DNA of 64,000 nt from Gekko japonicus (taxonomy: Eukaryota). The translations under genes and the position numbers were made by a program. Shown piece after piece: positions 48,176 to 62,570 of this stretch. Location of the stretch: contig NW_015161498.1 in the NCBI RefSeq assembly GCF_001447785.1, forward strand, positions 124,001 through 188,000, given 5' to 3'. The first letter of the stretch is position 1. Each line of letters opens with the position of its first letter. The notes beneath the pieces were generated by a model that was given only the letters and a program-made list of their open reading frames with translations, made no database searches and was not told the origin of the DNA.

Positions 48176-50788
48176 AAGGCCTGTTCTGGGAAGAAATACA
48201 AGAAGCTCTAGAAAGAGGTTCCTGGTGAGTGTCCTGGCTGTGGCTGGTGGCATGGCAGAGGGAAGGGGGAAATAGAGGGAGGCGGTTTCATAGCCAGTTA
48301 CAGGGTTGCCAACTGGGCTGGGAAATACCTGTAGATTTGAGGGCTGGACTCTGTCTTTTTTGGCGTGGCATCAAGGCACCCGTATTCTGTAGGGGAAATG
48401 ATGTGATGTGGCTGGGGGACACAGTCATTTCCAGAAGATCTCCAAGGCCCACAGGGAGATTGGCAACCCCAGTGAACATTTAGGAGACAATTGGGAGATG
48501 TATTTTATCTCAAGATAGATTCAATTATTCCCAACAGCAACAGCAAATTGTACAGAATGTTGGCAGCGAAGGGCAGTCAGGCTGCATATGCAAACAACCT
48601 CTGTGTTCTGACTGCCTATGGGGGGGAGAGGATAATGTACAGAATGGAGTGAGGCCCAATCAGCCCGCATATGCAAATGACCTTAAAAGGCTGGCCCAAT
48701 CAGGTAGTAAGGTGAGTCATCGGGAACACGGCTAGCATTTTATATATATCTAGATTAAATAACTTTCTGTCAAACACATACCTTTATACTATCATACACA
48801 TATAACTTGCCATTGTATGTATTAGATGTATCAAGCAAGTTGTTTCAAGGTAATTTAAGAAAACTGGATCAAGTCAAAATGGTTTTATCAGTAGATCAAC
48901 TAACTGAAGCTTAAATTGATTTAGCAGTGGGGCCACTTTTAAACAAAGATGAAAATATTTAGATGGGAGAGGCTGAAAGTTACAGAACCCTTTGTTTATT
49001 TTATGAGACTATAGTAACTATCTCGGGTTACTGTAATTGGGAATGAAAAGAAATTGTGTCTGTGTATATACATGCATACCGATGGAGACAGAGAGAGATG
49101 ATTGTTTTGTCCTCTAAAATTTATCCAAAGTTTCTTCCAGAGGCTATTGTTCTATGCATACCTCATGCACGACCTCCACTGAAAATATTACGGAATTATG
49201 ATCCCAAGAATTGTTGTGTAGCTCAAGATGGAAACTGCAGGTATAGATCCCTGATTCATGAACGGCGTAATTGGCTGGCTAGAATAACCAATGAGTTCAT
49301 TCAGATAAAAGCCAAGACCACTGTAGACTGACTTTTTATATATCAAACTGAAAAGCAGGTGAATTTACCAAGTCAGACGAGAGGGTATTTCACATTGTCA
49401 TAGATGAAGAATAAACAGAAGAATCAGTCGAAGAACAGAAAAACTCCAGCATTCAGATTTTGAGATGATGCCACCATGCTAACTACAAAAAAAGTCCCTT
49501 TGTCCACCATTTTCATCGTCTCCTGCATCCTTACTATGAAATAGGACCACTGCCATATAATTTGTGATACATGAAATTCCGGGGTCATATCTGGTACTGC
49601 AATAAATTAAGGAAGAACGCACACACATATGTTATATGAGGATATGTATATCTTTCTTTTTAATAAATATATTAATCCCTGCATGATTTGGAGTACAGAG
49701 TATGAGGAAGAACCCTTCAACTGATGACCTGAATTATGTGTGGGGCTACTTATTTGCTGACTTGCTGTTCCATTAACCTTTCCATTATCTTGTTGGAAAG
49801 TATGAAAAGGACCTCAGACCTGGGATGAGTTATCTTGCTGATTGACTGATGATAATGATGAAGAAGAAGAAGACGACTTTAGGAAATATCCATTTGATTC
49901 TGGATCTTCTTTGAGAATTTCCTGAATTATTTTCACAGCATATGGATTCACATTAATATCATACCACCATCAGTTTGTCTGAAGAAAGGCAAATATTCAA
50001 ATTAATAAATAAGCAAAAACACCAAGGATATTGCAACTAAAAAGCCTTGACATGCTGGAAAAGGTGGAAATGCTCTGAGGGAAGAGGCTTGTTTACTGCC
50101 CAGGCAGACAGAAACAGCTATGAAGGTATATCTGTTTCTGGAGAGCAAAATTGTAAAGTTAATTGAGTAATAGTGCAGGCAGGACACACTACAGACTAAC
50201 TCTGCACTGCCACACTGGCTGCTGATTCTTGAGAATGTTGCTTCATCCTCCTCCTAGACCTCTCAGCTATACTTGCTGGTTCTGTGTCTCACTCCTGAAG
50301 TTCAGATTCTTGAAGGATTGGATCAGGAGCCTAAAGCCAATTCTCCTAAACAAACTTTTATCTCTAAAACTCCCAGTTCCTCAGACAACTCAAAAGTCAA
50401 CCTCAGTTATTCAGTTATTCCCAGCATCAGGTTTTTATTTTGCAAAGTAGGGGTCCAGCAGAGGGCTTTGAAAGAGAGGCATTTATCTCCGCCATGTGCT
50501 CAGTGGCCTTTATAGGGCTATGTAGGGATAAAATCTCGGTGAAAAGCTACGATCTATATATAATCACATAACTTTTTTCTATCATCTTTTTCTCCATAGC
50601 TTTCAATATTATTTTCCTCCTGTAGATCTCAAAATTGGAAATGACCAAAACAACACCGGCTAGCCCAATTACAGAAATTACAGAACCACCTACCCAGCAG
50701 GCAGACCAAGCCCGGCAACCCAGGAAATGATGGAACCCAAACAGCACAGGTGCAAAGGAAGAGGAGTTTCCAGAGTTATCAACTAGGG

Positions 50789-51106
50789 CAGTGATGGTGA
50801 ACCTTTTAGAGACCGAGTGCCCAAACTGCAACCCAAAACCCACTTATTTATCGCAAAGTGCCAACATGGCAATTTAAACTGAATACTGAGGTTTTAGTTT
50901 AGAAAAAACAACTCATACATTAACATAAGATGATCCAAACAAAGTAAGGAAAGCAATCCCAACTGCTTTCATTTATTTAAAATTATTTGGCAGAGAATTC
51001 CACACTTTAATGACGGTCTGGGCCTGGCTGGGCGATGGCACGCGTGCCCACTGAGAGGGCTCTGAGTGCCGCCTCTGCCATGCGTGCCATAGGTTCTCCA
51101 CCACTG
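50789..51106. mobile_element. hAT-type MITE family C, inverted copy
   Basis: Perfect TSD AACTAGGG; reverse complement of 19604-19922. Confidence 0.9.
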
Positions 51107-54100
51107 AACTAGGGCGATTTGTACACATAAGCCAAGCCAATGACCATCTGGTGTGGTGCCCTTGCTCTCCTTTCTGTATACTCCCAGGATTGCAAGATGA
51201 TATTAACCAAGAAATGACGAAACAGAAGAGCTCAGAATCATAACCAGATAAACACATTCACAACCATCTCTCCTCAGAGTTTGCTTTACAATTGTCCAGA
51301 ACGTATGAAGAGATATGATGTTATCTGCACATTATCAAAAGTTACAATTTTTCTGCCATTACTTTAAATCATGCCCATTTAATAGGGTTACCAGCCTCAA
51401 GGTAAGGACTGGACTTCTCTCAGAATTACAACAGATCTCCAGGCAGCTGCTCCCCTGGAGGAAAGGGCGGGCTTGGACTCTATGAGTCTAGGAAAACAGA
51501 AGTCCTAGAGTGAGTATAGAGGATGGATACTCCAGGACGTTTTAAATCTCCTACTGCATAGAACCTAAATGGTATACCATATAGACTAGGAGAAACCACT
51601 TGTCTCTTCTAAAGACACTAAAGATCAGAGGCTGCTTGGTGATTGAGAGAAGTATGGGACTGTTGCTGGCTGGCATCTTTCTACAGAGTGGATTTTTTTC
51701 TCCTTAACAACGAGAAAAACTTGAAGAGGATTTTGAGAGGTGTTTTAAGTTGACTGGAGCATAACTGGATAGCAACCAGTATTATCAGCACAAATATTTA
51801 GGATCAAAGAGTTAGTTGACATACACAACACGTGCATAAAGAAGCCTACAAGTGATATATGGAATATGGGGGAAGTGATATAACGTGGGAAATTTAAAAT
51901 AAGAATTTTGGCAGGAGGAAGTGACTTCACAAGAAGGGGAGGAGTTGGAAGAGCTGGCCTTTGACTGGGAGATCACAGGAGTTGAACTCACAGGACACGA
52001 TATCACATCCCCACTGATCTCTCACCCCAAACTCTGCTCCCCCCAGGCAGCACCCCCAAAGTTTCCGAGAATTTCCCAAACCATGATTGGCAACCTTGTA
52101 TTTTAAACATTATTCTTTGATATTTGAACTGCAGATGAGATATTAGATGTTAATCGCCAGAACATTGGCCATTGCCCTACTTTTCAGTTCTCCCATTACA
52201 AGGGTGATATTTGAAAAATGACGTTTCCCATATTAACTTTCTCAAAGATACGTTTAAAGTATTTCTTAACTAAAGCTGCATTCATATATCATTACTAACT
52301 CTGACTTAAACTTTGGTTGATTGTGATGTCTGAAAGCTGGCCACTCCTCTGACTATGTTGGAGGGTCACAGACTAGATTCTGAACCAGAGTTTGTTCCTG
52401 GCTTGCAAACCATGCTTTGTACTAACTGTGGCTGGTTGTGTCATCTGAATGCAGAACCCCAGCTTGTTGAGTTGTGCTGCCCCACTCCCCCAGATACAGA
52501 GCAACTAGAAGTCCTTTTTGCTCCTGCTGCAGCCTGTTCTTCCTGTTGCTACCTCTCAACATGCCTCCATCTTGCTCAGAATGTCCTGAGCCCCCATTCT
52601 CTCTTCCAAGTAATAATGATTCATCCAACTGGAGTGCATGGTTCTAGCCTATGTGGATAAAGGGATAACAGAGGATCTAATCTTGCCAACAAGCAGGAAT
52701 TGCTCCATATAGAATGATTAGAAATACACAACATACCTTACAGCACATCTTCCTCCCCCCCTTCTCTTCTTATTCTCTCTTTCCTCCCCAACCCTAGCAC
52801 AAAGCATTTTGGCAGTGTGCGCAACATGAACCACAGTCCTGGGGAGGTGAATGATTTACTGAGATGCATACACACACACACACACACACAAATTTATACA
52901 GAGAGCCTACCCAAACAAGTCAAGATGGACTGACTGCTTCCCCTGCATATCATAGATGCAACATGCAGAGGTCACACAACCTCTTCTTGCAAATTATTTC
53001 AATAGATTTCCCAGAGTACAGCTGGAATTCATAAACTATGCAGCCTACAACCCCATGAACTTGAAGGACAAATTTTCAAATTGATATTGATGAAAACAAA
53101 TAGCATCTCCATCAGTATACACAGTCAAGAAATCAGGTTTTCTCACTGTGCAAATTCATATCCCATTACTGACTTCTTCCTTTTTTAAAAAGTTATGATG
53201 CCTCTTCAGGAACGTGCCTGAAATAGCTCAAAAAACAAAAATAAAAACAAAACAAAATGCCATAAAAAACAGCCCACCATTAAACACAGACCGTAAAAAG
53301 AGAGTTTAAAAATAACAGCCGTAAGACTAAAATCGTGTTTGCTTGTTTGTTTTTTAAAAAATCAAACCCTAAATTAAAAGCCTAGGTGAACAGAAATGTT
53401 TTGGCCCAGCACCTAAAAGAAAGCAATGTAGGCATCAGGTGGGCTGCAAGGGGGAAGGGCATTCCCAAAGCAAGGTGCCACTACAGAAAATGCTGTCTCT
53501 ATTTTTATTTATTTGTTATTAATTTTTTATCTCGCCCTGCCAGCCAAGGCCAGCTCAGGGCGGCTTACAACAATAAAATTCGCATAAAACAATCATAATA
53601 AAATCACATACAACATTAAAATTGAAACATGATAAAGTGCTAGCAACAATCCTCATTATCCCAATTGGGTCTTCGGCCTTCTGTGGCTATCTCAGGTAAT
53701 TGGCACGAGCTGTGTTTGAGGGACCTACGGACTGCTCTAGTAACCACCTGTGAGCCAGGGCTTAATGGGCGAGCAGGACAATATACAAAGAGGTTGTCCT
53801 TCAGGTGGTCCTTATTTCTAGTATTGTTTACTATTTACTTAACAGCAAGAACAGGATTTAAAACTTTAAACTAGATAATCCATTTGAAATAGCTTGGCCT
53901 ATGTATTTAGTTAAAGTAACTGTAATTTTTTGTAAGATTTTGTAAAATAGTAAGGTCAAGGGCATTCATAGTTTACAGATTAGAAAATGGGATTTATATT
54001 GTGTTATCTGCATAAAAACAAAAGTCACAATTTCTTGTTTACCATTACACTATAACATGCCCATAATATGCTGTTATCAAAGGTGGAAAATCAGTACAGA

Positions 54101-54188
54101 CAGCACAATAAACAGTCTATGTGGACATCTTGATTTCGGCAATGGTTTCCAAATGTCTGTAAGATGCCATTGTTGCCAAGAAACACAA

Positions 54189-54463
54189 GGAAGGAGGGGG
54201 AGGAGATTGGATTTATACCCCACCCTTCTCTACCCAAAGGTGTCTCAGAGCGGCTGACAAACTCCTTTCCCTTCCCCTCCCCACAACAGATACCCTGTGA
54301 GGTAGGTGGGGCTGAGAGAGCTCTTCTGAGGACTGCTCTTGAGAAAACAGCTCTGAGATAACTTGTGACTGACCCAGCAGCTGCATGTGGAGGAGTGGGG
54401 AATCAAATCTGATTCTCCTAGATTAGAGTCCGCTCTCTTAACCACTACACCAAACTGGCTCTC
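54189..54463 (-). mobile_element. Squam3-like SINE
   Basis: Colinear with 19163-19455. Confidence 0.8.
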
Positions 54464-55564
54464 TTGTAGAAGTGGGCCTTGTAGATGAAGAGGCCATGTA
54501 AAGAAGAGCGAACAGAACTCTCAGTGGCTGAGGATGCTAGCAGCAGGTGATGCATCTGACTCCCATCCGAAGCATGTCCCCAGATTAACCCCTTTACTTC
54601 ATTCCATATACATAAATCTGGGAGAAAATAAAGGGCTTGTTGCAGTGAAAGCAAACCCTGCCTCCCACTCCTGATGCTTCATAGCCAGAGCCTTGCAGGG
54701 GAATGAGCCCAGAGCACATAAGGATGTGGTGTGTTGGGGTAGTGTAGTATACACCTGCAACAAAACACTGCCATTGTTTGTATTTTTAAAAACAGGAAAT
54801 AAACCATTTCAACCACAGTCGTTCTATTGTTTTTCAGAAATGTTGGTAGACAACAGAGAACTTTGATCCCTCCTGCCTATGATTGTTTCATGAGGCTTTA
54901 TCTGGTGTTTTTATGACTGTATAATTCAGAGGGTCTCTGGACAGGCAGCATTAAAATCTCCTAAATAAGCAAACAAGCAGGGACCTGGAGCATACTTTTG
55001 TGTGCCCAGGGCTTCCTTCACCAGGCTCAGCAAAAGTTCCGCAGGTCTCTGAAGAGGTGGCACACAGATTTAATTTATTTTAAACATTTATCTGCCACTT
55101 CTTCAGATCAAATAACGAAAATTATAGAGGTTGGTTTCACCATACAATACACCCAGGAGCTTAAACCCCAACTATCTGAAAGGCATACTTAAGAAAACAG
55201 ATACAAGGACATGGTTGAACTGATCTTATCAAATAAGTATGGATAATTCTCACACACACCCAACACTACTGTAACATAGACACTGAAGAACCACTGAGGG
55301 TTACAAGTATTAATTGAAGTACAAAAAGAATAGACATGGGAGGAGGAATTAAGTAGTACTGTACCAGGAAGGAAAGCAGAGAGGAATCAATATAATGAAA
55401 CATAAACTAAACAGATGCACGGTAAATATAGTTCTTAGAAATGAATAACATACAAAAACAGTCCTCCCTCCGGTAAAATAAGTTTCATGCCAAAAGGAAT
55501 AACAAATACCAAAACATGGCAAATGTACCAAAACAAAATAATTGTGTCAATGACTGCAACTCAC

Positions 55565-57925
55565 CTGCCCAGTAGCATTCGGGACCAGCTCCTTCCCACT
55601 CTCGGCCAAAACAGGAATGTTGGGGCTGAACACCATGAGGTCGCTTTTGGCACCAGCATCCCCACTCACCCCTGCCAGGATGTGGCTGTGGCGATTGGAA
55701 TACGACCAGCTGCCCACTTCACTGGCACACACCAGCGTGGCTGTGCCAGGACCATACATCATTGCCTCCTTGGCCTGGCTCTGGCATCGCAGTGCCACAT
55801 ACACGAGGATCACCAGCAGGAACAAGCTGGACACTGAGCAGATGGCGATGATCAGGTAGAGATTAGCAGTGTCTGCCAGGGGCTTTGCGCTCCCTCCCAT
55901 CCTAGAGAGGCGGGCATCAGTCTGGGCAGCCTGGGCGCTGGCCACCAGTGACACGCTGAAGGTCGCTGTCGTTGACAGTACCGGCTTGCCATGATCCTTC
56001 ACCAGAACCAGCAGACTCTGGATGTTGCTGCCCTCTGTCTCCTCCAGAGTACGTATGGTACTGATCTCACCACTGTAAAGCCCCACCCGCCAGGGGCTGC
56101 TGGTTGCATCCTGCAACTCGTAGCGAAGCCAGGCATTGTAGCCAGAGTCAGCGTCCAGGGCATGGATCTTGCCCACCACATACCCAGCTGCCACTGGAAC
56201 CTTCACCAGAGTGGGGGTATCCTCTGCTGGACCAGACACTGCAGGTGTGTTGTCATTCTCATCCAACACAAAGACCTGGACGGTCACGTTGCCACACAGG
56301 GAGGGCAGCCCAGCATCCTTGGCCCTCACCTGGAACTCCAGCAGCTTCACCTCCTCGTAATCCAAGGGCTGCAGGGCATACAGCTTCCCACTCTCCGAAT
56401 GCACCGAGATGTAGCTCGACAGCGGCCAGAGCTTCTCATCCAGCCAGTAGCTGACCAAGGCGTTCTCCGCCACATCTGGGTCCGAGGCAGACACCGTGAA
56501 GATGTGAGCACCAGGTGGGTTGTTCTCCTTCACGAAAATGGTATAGGAGGGTTGTGCAAAAGTCGGTGCATTGTCATTCACATCACTGATTGGCACCACC
56601 AGGCTGCTGCTGGCTGACAGTGGAGGGTCCCCTTGGTCTTGGGCAAACACCACCAAACTATACTCGGCCACCTGCTCCCGGTCCAGTGGCTCAGCCAGTA
56701 CGAGTGAGTAATAATTCTTGAAGGTGGATGTCAGCTTGAAGGGGAGCCCAGAAGGCCGTAGGGAGCAGGTCACTTGCCCATTGGCCCCAGAGTCCCTGTC
56801 CGAGATACTGATGAGGGCCACCACTGTCCCCAGTGGAGAATTCTCAAGTACCGGCACTGACAAGGAGGATACTGTCACTTCTGGTGCATTGTCATTAACA
56901 TCCAAAACCTCAATCAGAACTTTGCAATGTCCTTTTATGGGTGGGAGGCCTTTGTCAGTTGCTTCAATTGCAATTTCACTTGATGTAATACTTTCAAAAT
57001 CAAGTTCTCCATTTAATCTCATTTGTCCATTACTTGGATCTAAATTAATCAATGTTCCTAAATTGTTTGGATTTACACTTCGTATTGAATATGTGATATC
57101 TTTGTTAATTCCTTCATCAAGATCTGTTGCATTGAGACTAACAATTACTGCTCCTATTTTTGCATTTTCCAAAAGTTTTATTTTATACACAGACTGATTA
57201 AAAATGGGTGCATTGTCATTTACATCCAGCACATTGATCACCAGATGAGCAGTGCCAGTTTGCTCTGGTTTGCCCCCATCAGTGGCTGTTAGTAATAAAT
57301 TATACACATGAGTTAGCTCTCTGTCAAGAGGTTTCTTTAACACTAGAAGTAAAGACTCACCATGTTCCTCATTGTCTTGAACATCCAAGGTGAAATGTTC
57401 ATTTGGACTGATTTTGTAGCTGATGTGAGAGTTTGAACCAATGTCGTCATCAGAGGCTCCCTCTAGTGGGAAGGATGAGCCCAGAAGAGTAGATTCTGCA
57501 ATAACCAGATTTTGCTCAGCTGCCGGGAATAGGGGCGCATTGTCATTTATGTCCTTGATCTCCACTTCCACATGGAAGACTCTCAGGGGTTTATCCAGGA
57601 TCACTTCCAGGTGAATGGTGCATACCGGCATCTTGGCGCATAGCTCCTCCCGGTCTATCCGGGAATTAACAAATAAAATCCCATTCTGCAGGTTTACTTC
57701 AAAATAGTCTCTGCGGCCTTGGGACACCATCCGGAACATCCGAGGCATGAGTTCACCCACCTCTAGTCCCAGGTCCTGGGCAATGTGGCCCACGAAGGCG
57801 CCATGCTGGGATTCTTCTGGAACAGAATAATGGAGCTGCCCACTCCCCATTTCACAAGCGGTGTGGAGCAGAATCACCTGCAGCAGCCAGGATCTCACCA
57901 GGAGGCATCGGTGCACAACAACCAT
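55565..57925 (-). CDS. Alternate protocadherin-alpha variable exon (787 codons), close paralogue of 44458-46818
   Basis: Intact ORF with the same architecture; phase-0 donor CAG|GTGAGT at 55565; constant 11107-bp offset to the paralogue with no indels. Confidence 0.96.
57455..57472 (-). promoter_or_regulatory. Exonic CTCF site (eCBS)
   Basis: Identical to 46348-46365. Confidence 0.75.
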
Positions 57926-58097
57926 AGCAACGGTAGGTTATATTCCTGGTTTTAAATATTATATCCACTCTCCAGATCTGACCTTAAATGGTGAGAAATG
58001 TTGCAGTATCCATTCCATCTTCCTCGTACAGTCTCTTGTTCTTACTTGTGTGGCTGGGAGGGGCTTTGATCTTTGTCAGGAAGAGCCTTTCAGTTTT

Positions 58098-58121
58098 CAG
58101 TGGGCAGCGACATCTTGTGAC
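58098..58121 (-). promoter_or_regulatory. Promoter CSE / pCBS
   Basis: Identical to 46991-47014. Confidence 0.85.
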
Positions 58122-60439
58122 AATTGGTATAAATGCTGGACACATTTTTAGTTTCCATTTTCTGAGTTTCTTAGATTAATTTCATAATTATATTCTGGAA
58201 TTTACCTGCAGCTTCATTATATTACTTCCTAACATTTGGCTGTGCAAATTCAATCCAAAGTTTTTAGATAAGTACTTTGAAATAGTCATTGCCCTAATTT
58301 TAAATATTCAGACAAAGTAAAAATGGATTTTAACTGGCCCCAAATGAACTTAGATGAAAATATTTCAGCTTCCACTGAGCTGTGGATTGGAGCTATCAGT
58401 TCAAAAGGCTGTATATTTTCTTAGTAGTGTAGAGACATGTCGTGCATTTTAGCGGTTCCCACTAAAAACCAAGGGGCATTATTTCAGGCCAAGAGCCCAA
58501 ACAATAGAACCATCAAGACCACAAGACTTACCTTCCTATGTCTATGTGTTTATGCTGGGCCAGGGTTTTAATGCTGGATTTTAATTAATATCGTCAATCT
58601 TTTGTTTTTATAATTTTTTTGAAAACTGTAAGCTATATTTGGCATGTTCCTGTAGAAGTTGCATGAAAACTTTCTAAATGAATAACCTAAACCTACACAA
58701 CAAAGACTAAATTCACAAGCTTGCAAGGAGCTCCAAAGATGTCTAGTGTTCTCTCTGTCAGAAAGGGTGAATCCCAGGATTTTTTAATGATCTTGTAGGG
58801 AGATTCCTTCCACACCCCAAATATAGCAGTTAAGAGCAGTGGATTCTTATCCTATTCTTAATAGGATATTATTAGTTGTGATCTGTGATTTTATTGGATT
58901 TTATTGTTTTTATGAATGGGTTTATGCCCCTGTAAGCCGCCCTGAGCCCGCTTGCGGGGAGGGCGGGGTAAAAATACCTAAAATAAATAATAAATAAATA
59001 ATCTGAAGAACTGTGTTTGATTCCCCACCCCTCCACATGAAGCCTGCCGGGTGACCTTGGGCCAGCCACAGTTCTCTCAGAACACTTTCAACCCCACCTC
59101 CCTCGCCAGGTGCCTGCTGTGGTGAGAAGAAGGGGAGGAGAGTGTAAGCAGCTTTGAGGCTCCTTTAGAGAAAAGCAGGGTATAAACATCAACTCTTCCT
59201 TCAACTCTAAGGAAGGCTCACAATTGGTCTGTTGTGCAGAAAATAACATAGCTCTTGACTGAATGTCACTCTATCATCTGTGTAATGCAAACAACAATAA
59301 ATGCTTTCTGATGTAAAGTGGATCATTATATATATAATATATATATATTCTAGACGCATTTCGCCATTCCAAATCTTGGAGCTTGGCAGCAGCAAGAATA
59401 ACAAGGAGAGAGGTGTTCTTCCTTCCTCCTGTGCTCTGCTTTTTGGTTCCAGGTTTCAGCTACTATTGGACCCAGGTGGCAGCAGCTCAGGTTTGGTGGG
59501 AAGAGATAACTGGCACAATCCACAGCAGTCACCTGCCCCTCTGCCAATGTGGTGCCCCAAGCAGCTGCCTGCATCACTTGGATGTTGAACCAGCTCAGTA
59601 TAGATCATTACTGTAAGGTGATTCCCCCATGTTATTGGTATGTTTTGGATAGCCTCTGCAGAATGGCTGTCTTGGTTATTAGTACTTTTTATATTTCATT
59701 GTAGTCAGTCTCTAATAATAAACTGTTTCGTCAACTCTATCATACAAAAGCAGTGCTTCTCAGTCTCTCTTTTAATTACCCGAATAACTTATCAAATGTT
59801 ATTTGTGAAATGTAGGTCTTATGATAATTTGTAAATAGGCCAGCAATATCTAAGTTTATGTGAGGTAACTGGATCAAACCAAAATGCTTTTAGCAGTAAA
59901 TTAATCAACTGAAGCTTAAACCGATTTGAGCAATGGTGCCACTTTTAATCAATGATGTAAAATTTTCAATGGGAGTGGCAAACATAACAGAAACCCTTGT
60001 TTGTTTATGAGGCAATTTTCGTCCTCTTGTGTTATTGTAAAAAGTAATGAAAAAGAATTTTTTGTGTGTGTGTGTGTGTATATATATGCATACAGATTGA
60101 GCCAACGCCAGATTATTGACCTCCAAAACCTATTTGAAGTTTCTTCCAGGGGGTACTGTTCTCTATGTACTTCAGGTAGCTGCTTGCATCCAACTCCTGG
60201 CTAAAATTCATTTTCAATCTAGTGAGTCTAGACCCCTGAATCTTTGCCGACAGCCACCACTCAACCTGGCTAAGTGCAGTCAAGGGGAAACTCCAGGAGC
60301 ACAGCTTCTCCTCTCAAGTTTTACTGCATCTTGGGTATCAAAAAGCAAAAGAAACAATCAAACATTGGTTCGGGAATCATGCCGTACAATCAGATAGGGC
60401 ACAGCTACCGAAATATCCAGTTATTCTGCAGCATGACAA

Positions 60440-60800
60440 ATGTTTTCCAAATGTTTTCAACCAGCAGATGATCTTAGACCCCTTGAGCTCTCTAAATATC
60501 AGAGAATCTTTACTCTGGCACGCTTTAATGCTCTACCTTCAGCCCTTCTGGAAGGCAGATACCATTGTGTCCCACTCTCTCAACGGCTTTGTCCATGTCA
60601 TACAGGGAAAGTAGAGTCTATGGAACATGTTCTCCTCCATTGTCCATTCTACAATAACATTCAACATCAGTATATTGCTCTAATTCTGTCAACTACACCG
60701 GGAACATGTGAACAGCTTTATGCATTTCTCCTCCTTGCAGACTCCTTTCAGAAGATAACCCACAAAGTTGCCAAATTTTGCCCACAGGCATGCGGGATAC
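60440..60800 (+). mobile_element. Decayed non-LTR retrotransposon C-terminus with CCHC knuckle
   Basis: FTLARFNALPSALLEGRY...RLCPCHTGKVESMEHVLLHCPFY. Confidence 0.72.
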
Positions 60801-62570
60801 ACAAGCAGCTAGTCCCAGTAACTTTGCCTGCCTGTTGGAGGAGGGCTTTACTTTTCTTGTCCCCCCTCTTAATCTCTGTTCATTGCTTTATGCTTGTTGG
60901 CTTTTGTGGCCTGCATGCATCCAATGCCAGCATTCCACTCCAGCTGGTATGGGTGTGGGACCCCTGCCCCCTCCCCCTCAGTTGCAGCTGTTGACTGTGA
61001 CTAAACCTCCATCACCATATTGGCCAATGCTGCTTTGCAACAGGAGCCGTTGGGAGAGAGAAAGTGCAGTTCTGTGTTTAGGAAAAGGGTAGGAGAGGTA
61101 GTCTATAGTGTGTTCTGCCCACACTGTTCCTCAAATGGCATTACAATTTTGCTCTATGCAAACCCATCCAGAAACAGATACACCCTCATGGCTATTTCTC
61201 TCTGCTTGGATAGGTAAATGAACTTCCTCCCTCAGAGCATCTTCACCTTTTCCATTATTTCAAGGCTTTTCAGTTGCAATATCCTTGTTGTTTTGTTTAT
61301 GTATTAATTTAAATATTCATAGACCGCCTTTTTTCAGACAAACTGATGGTGATATGATGTTAATCTAAATCCACACACTGTGAAGATAATTTGGGAAGTT
61401 CTCAAGAAGATGCAGAGTCAAAATGGGCTTTTTCTAAAGGTTTTCCCTTGTCTTTTTTAATGAACAGTCTGTCAACAAGATAACTTGTCCTAGGTCCCAG
61501 TTCCTTTCATACTCTCCAACGAGACAATGAAAATGTTAATGGAACATTATTGAGGCTCATCATTTGAAGGAAGTGTTCTTACTCTTACTCTATACCCAAA
61601 GAATGCTGGGATTAAAATATATATCCTCAAAGAAGTCACATAAAGACAAACACTACAGTCTTGGTGAAAGGTGGGAAGCCTGCTTCCTCTGAAATCCTGT
61701 CAATCCTTTTTGCAAAAGGAAGAAGCAATTTGGGAAGAGAGATTAAAGTTAGTTCATCAAAGCACATAGATGGACCAATTATGTGGCAATGCTCCTAACT
61801 TAATGATAAAGATACAGAAGATGATCAAATTAATGAACAAAGGGACCTCTTTTGTAGTTAGCATTCTGGCATCATCTAAAATCTGAACACTGAAACTTTT
61901 CTGCTGTTTGACTGATTCTGCTGTTTATTTTTCATCTATGGCAATGTAAAATACCATCTCATCTGACTTGGTAAATTCACCCACCTTTCAGTTTGATTAT
62001 ATAAAAAAAAAAGTCAATCTATGATGGTCTCAGCTTTAATCTAAACAAATTCATTGGTTCTTCCAGTCACTCAGTAAAACTTCTCCTTAAGTATATCAAA
62101 AAACTCCATAGAGACTAGGAGAAACTTCTTGTCACTTTTAAAGACACTAAATGCCACAGGCTGCTTGGTGATTGAGAGGGATGGGACTGTTGTTGGCTTG
62201 CATCCTCCTAGTCAGTGGATTTTATTATTTTATTTTTTGCCTTAGCAATGAGAAAAACCTTTAGGATTTTGAAAGGTATTTTAGGCCTAAAACTTCGAAT
62301 ACATTTTTCCCTTTAATGGGGGGGACCATTTTGGCAGTCTCTAGAAGCCTAACATTAAAATGGTGGCTCAGCCACAGGGATCTTCTGCAAACCACCAAAC
62401 AAGAATTGCTTGGGATCGATCCATTTGGAAGAAGAGTACAATCCGCACAGGACAGGCTTTTAAAAAATGCCAAGATGACAACCAGTGTGCAGAATCAAAT
62501 TAGGGAATCACTAAGAAAAAACCATGCAAATTCACAAGGAAGGGCAGGAAATTTGCATTACTATGCATCT

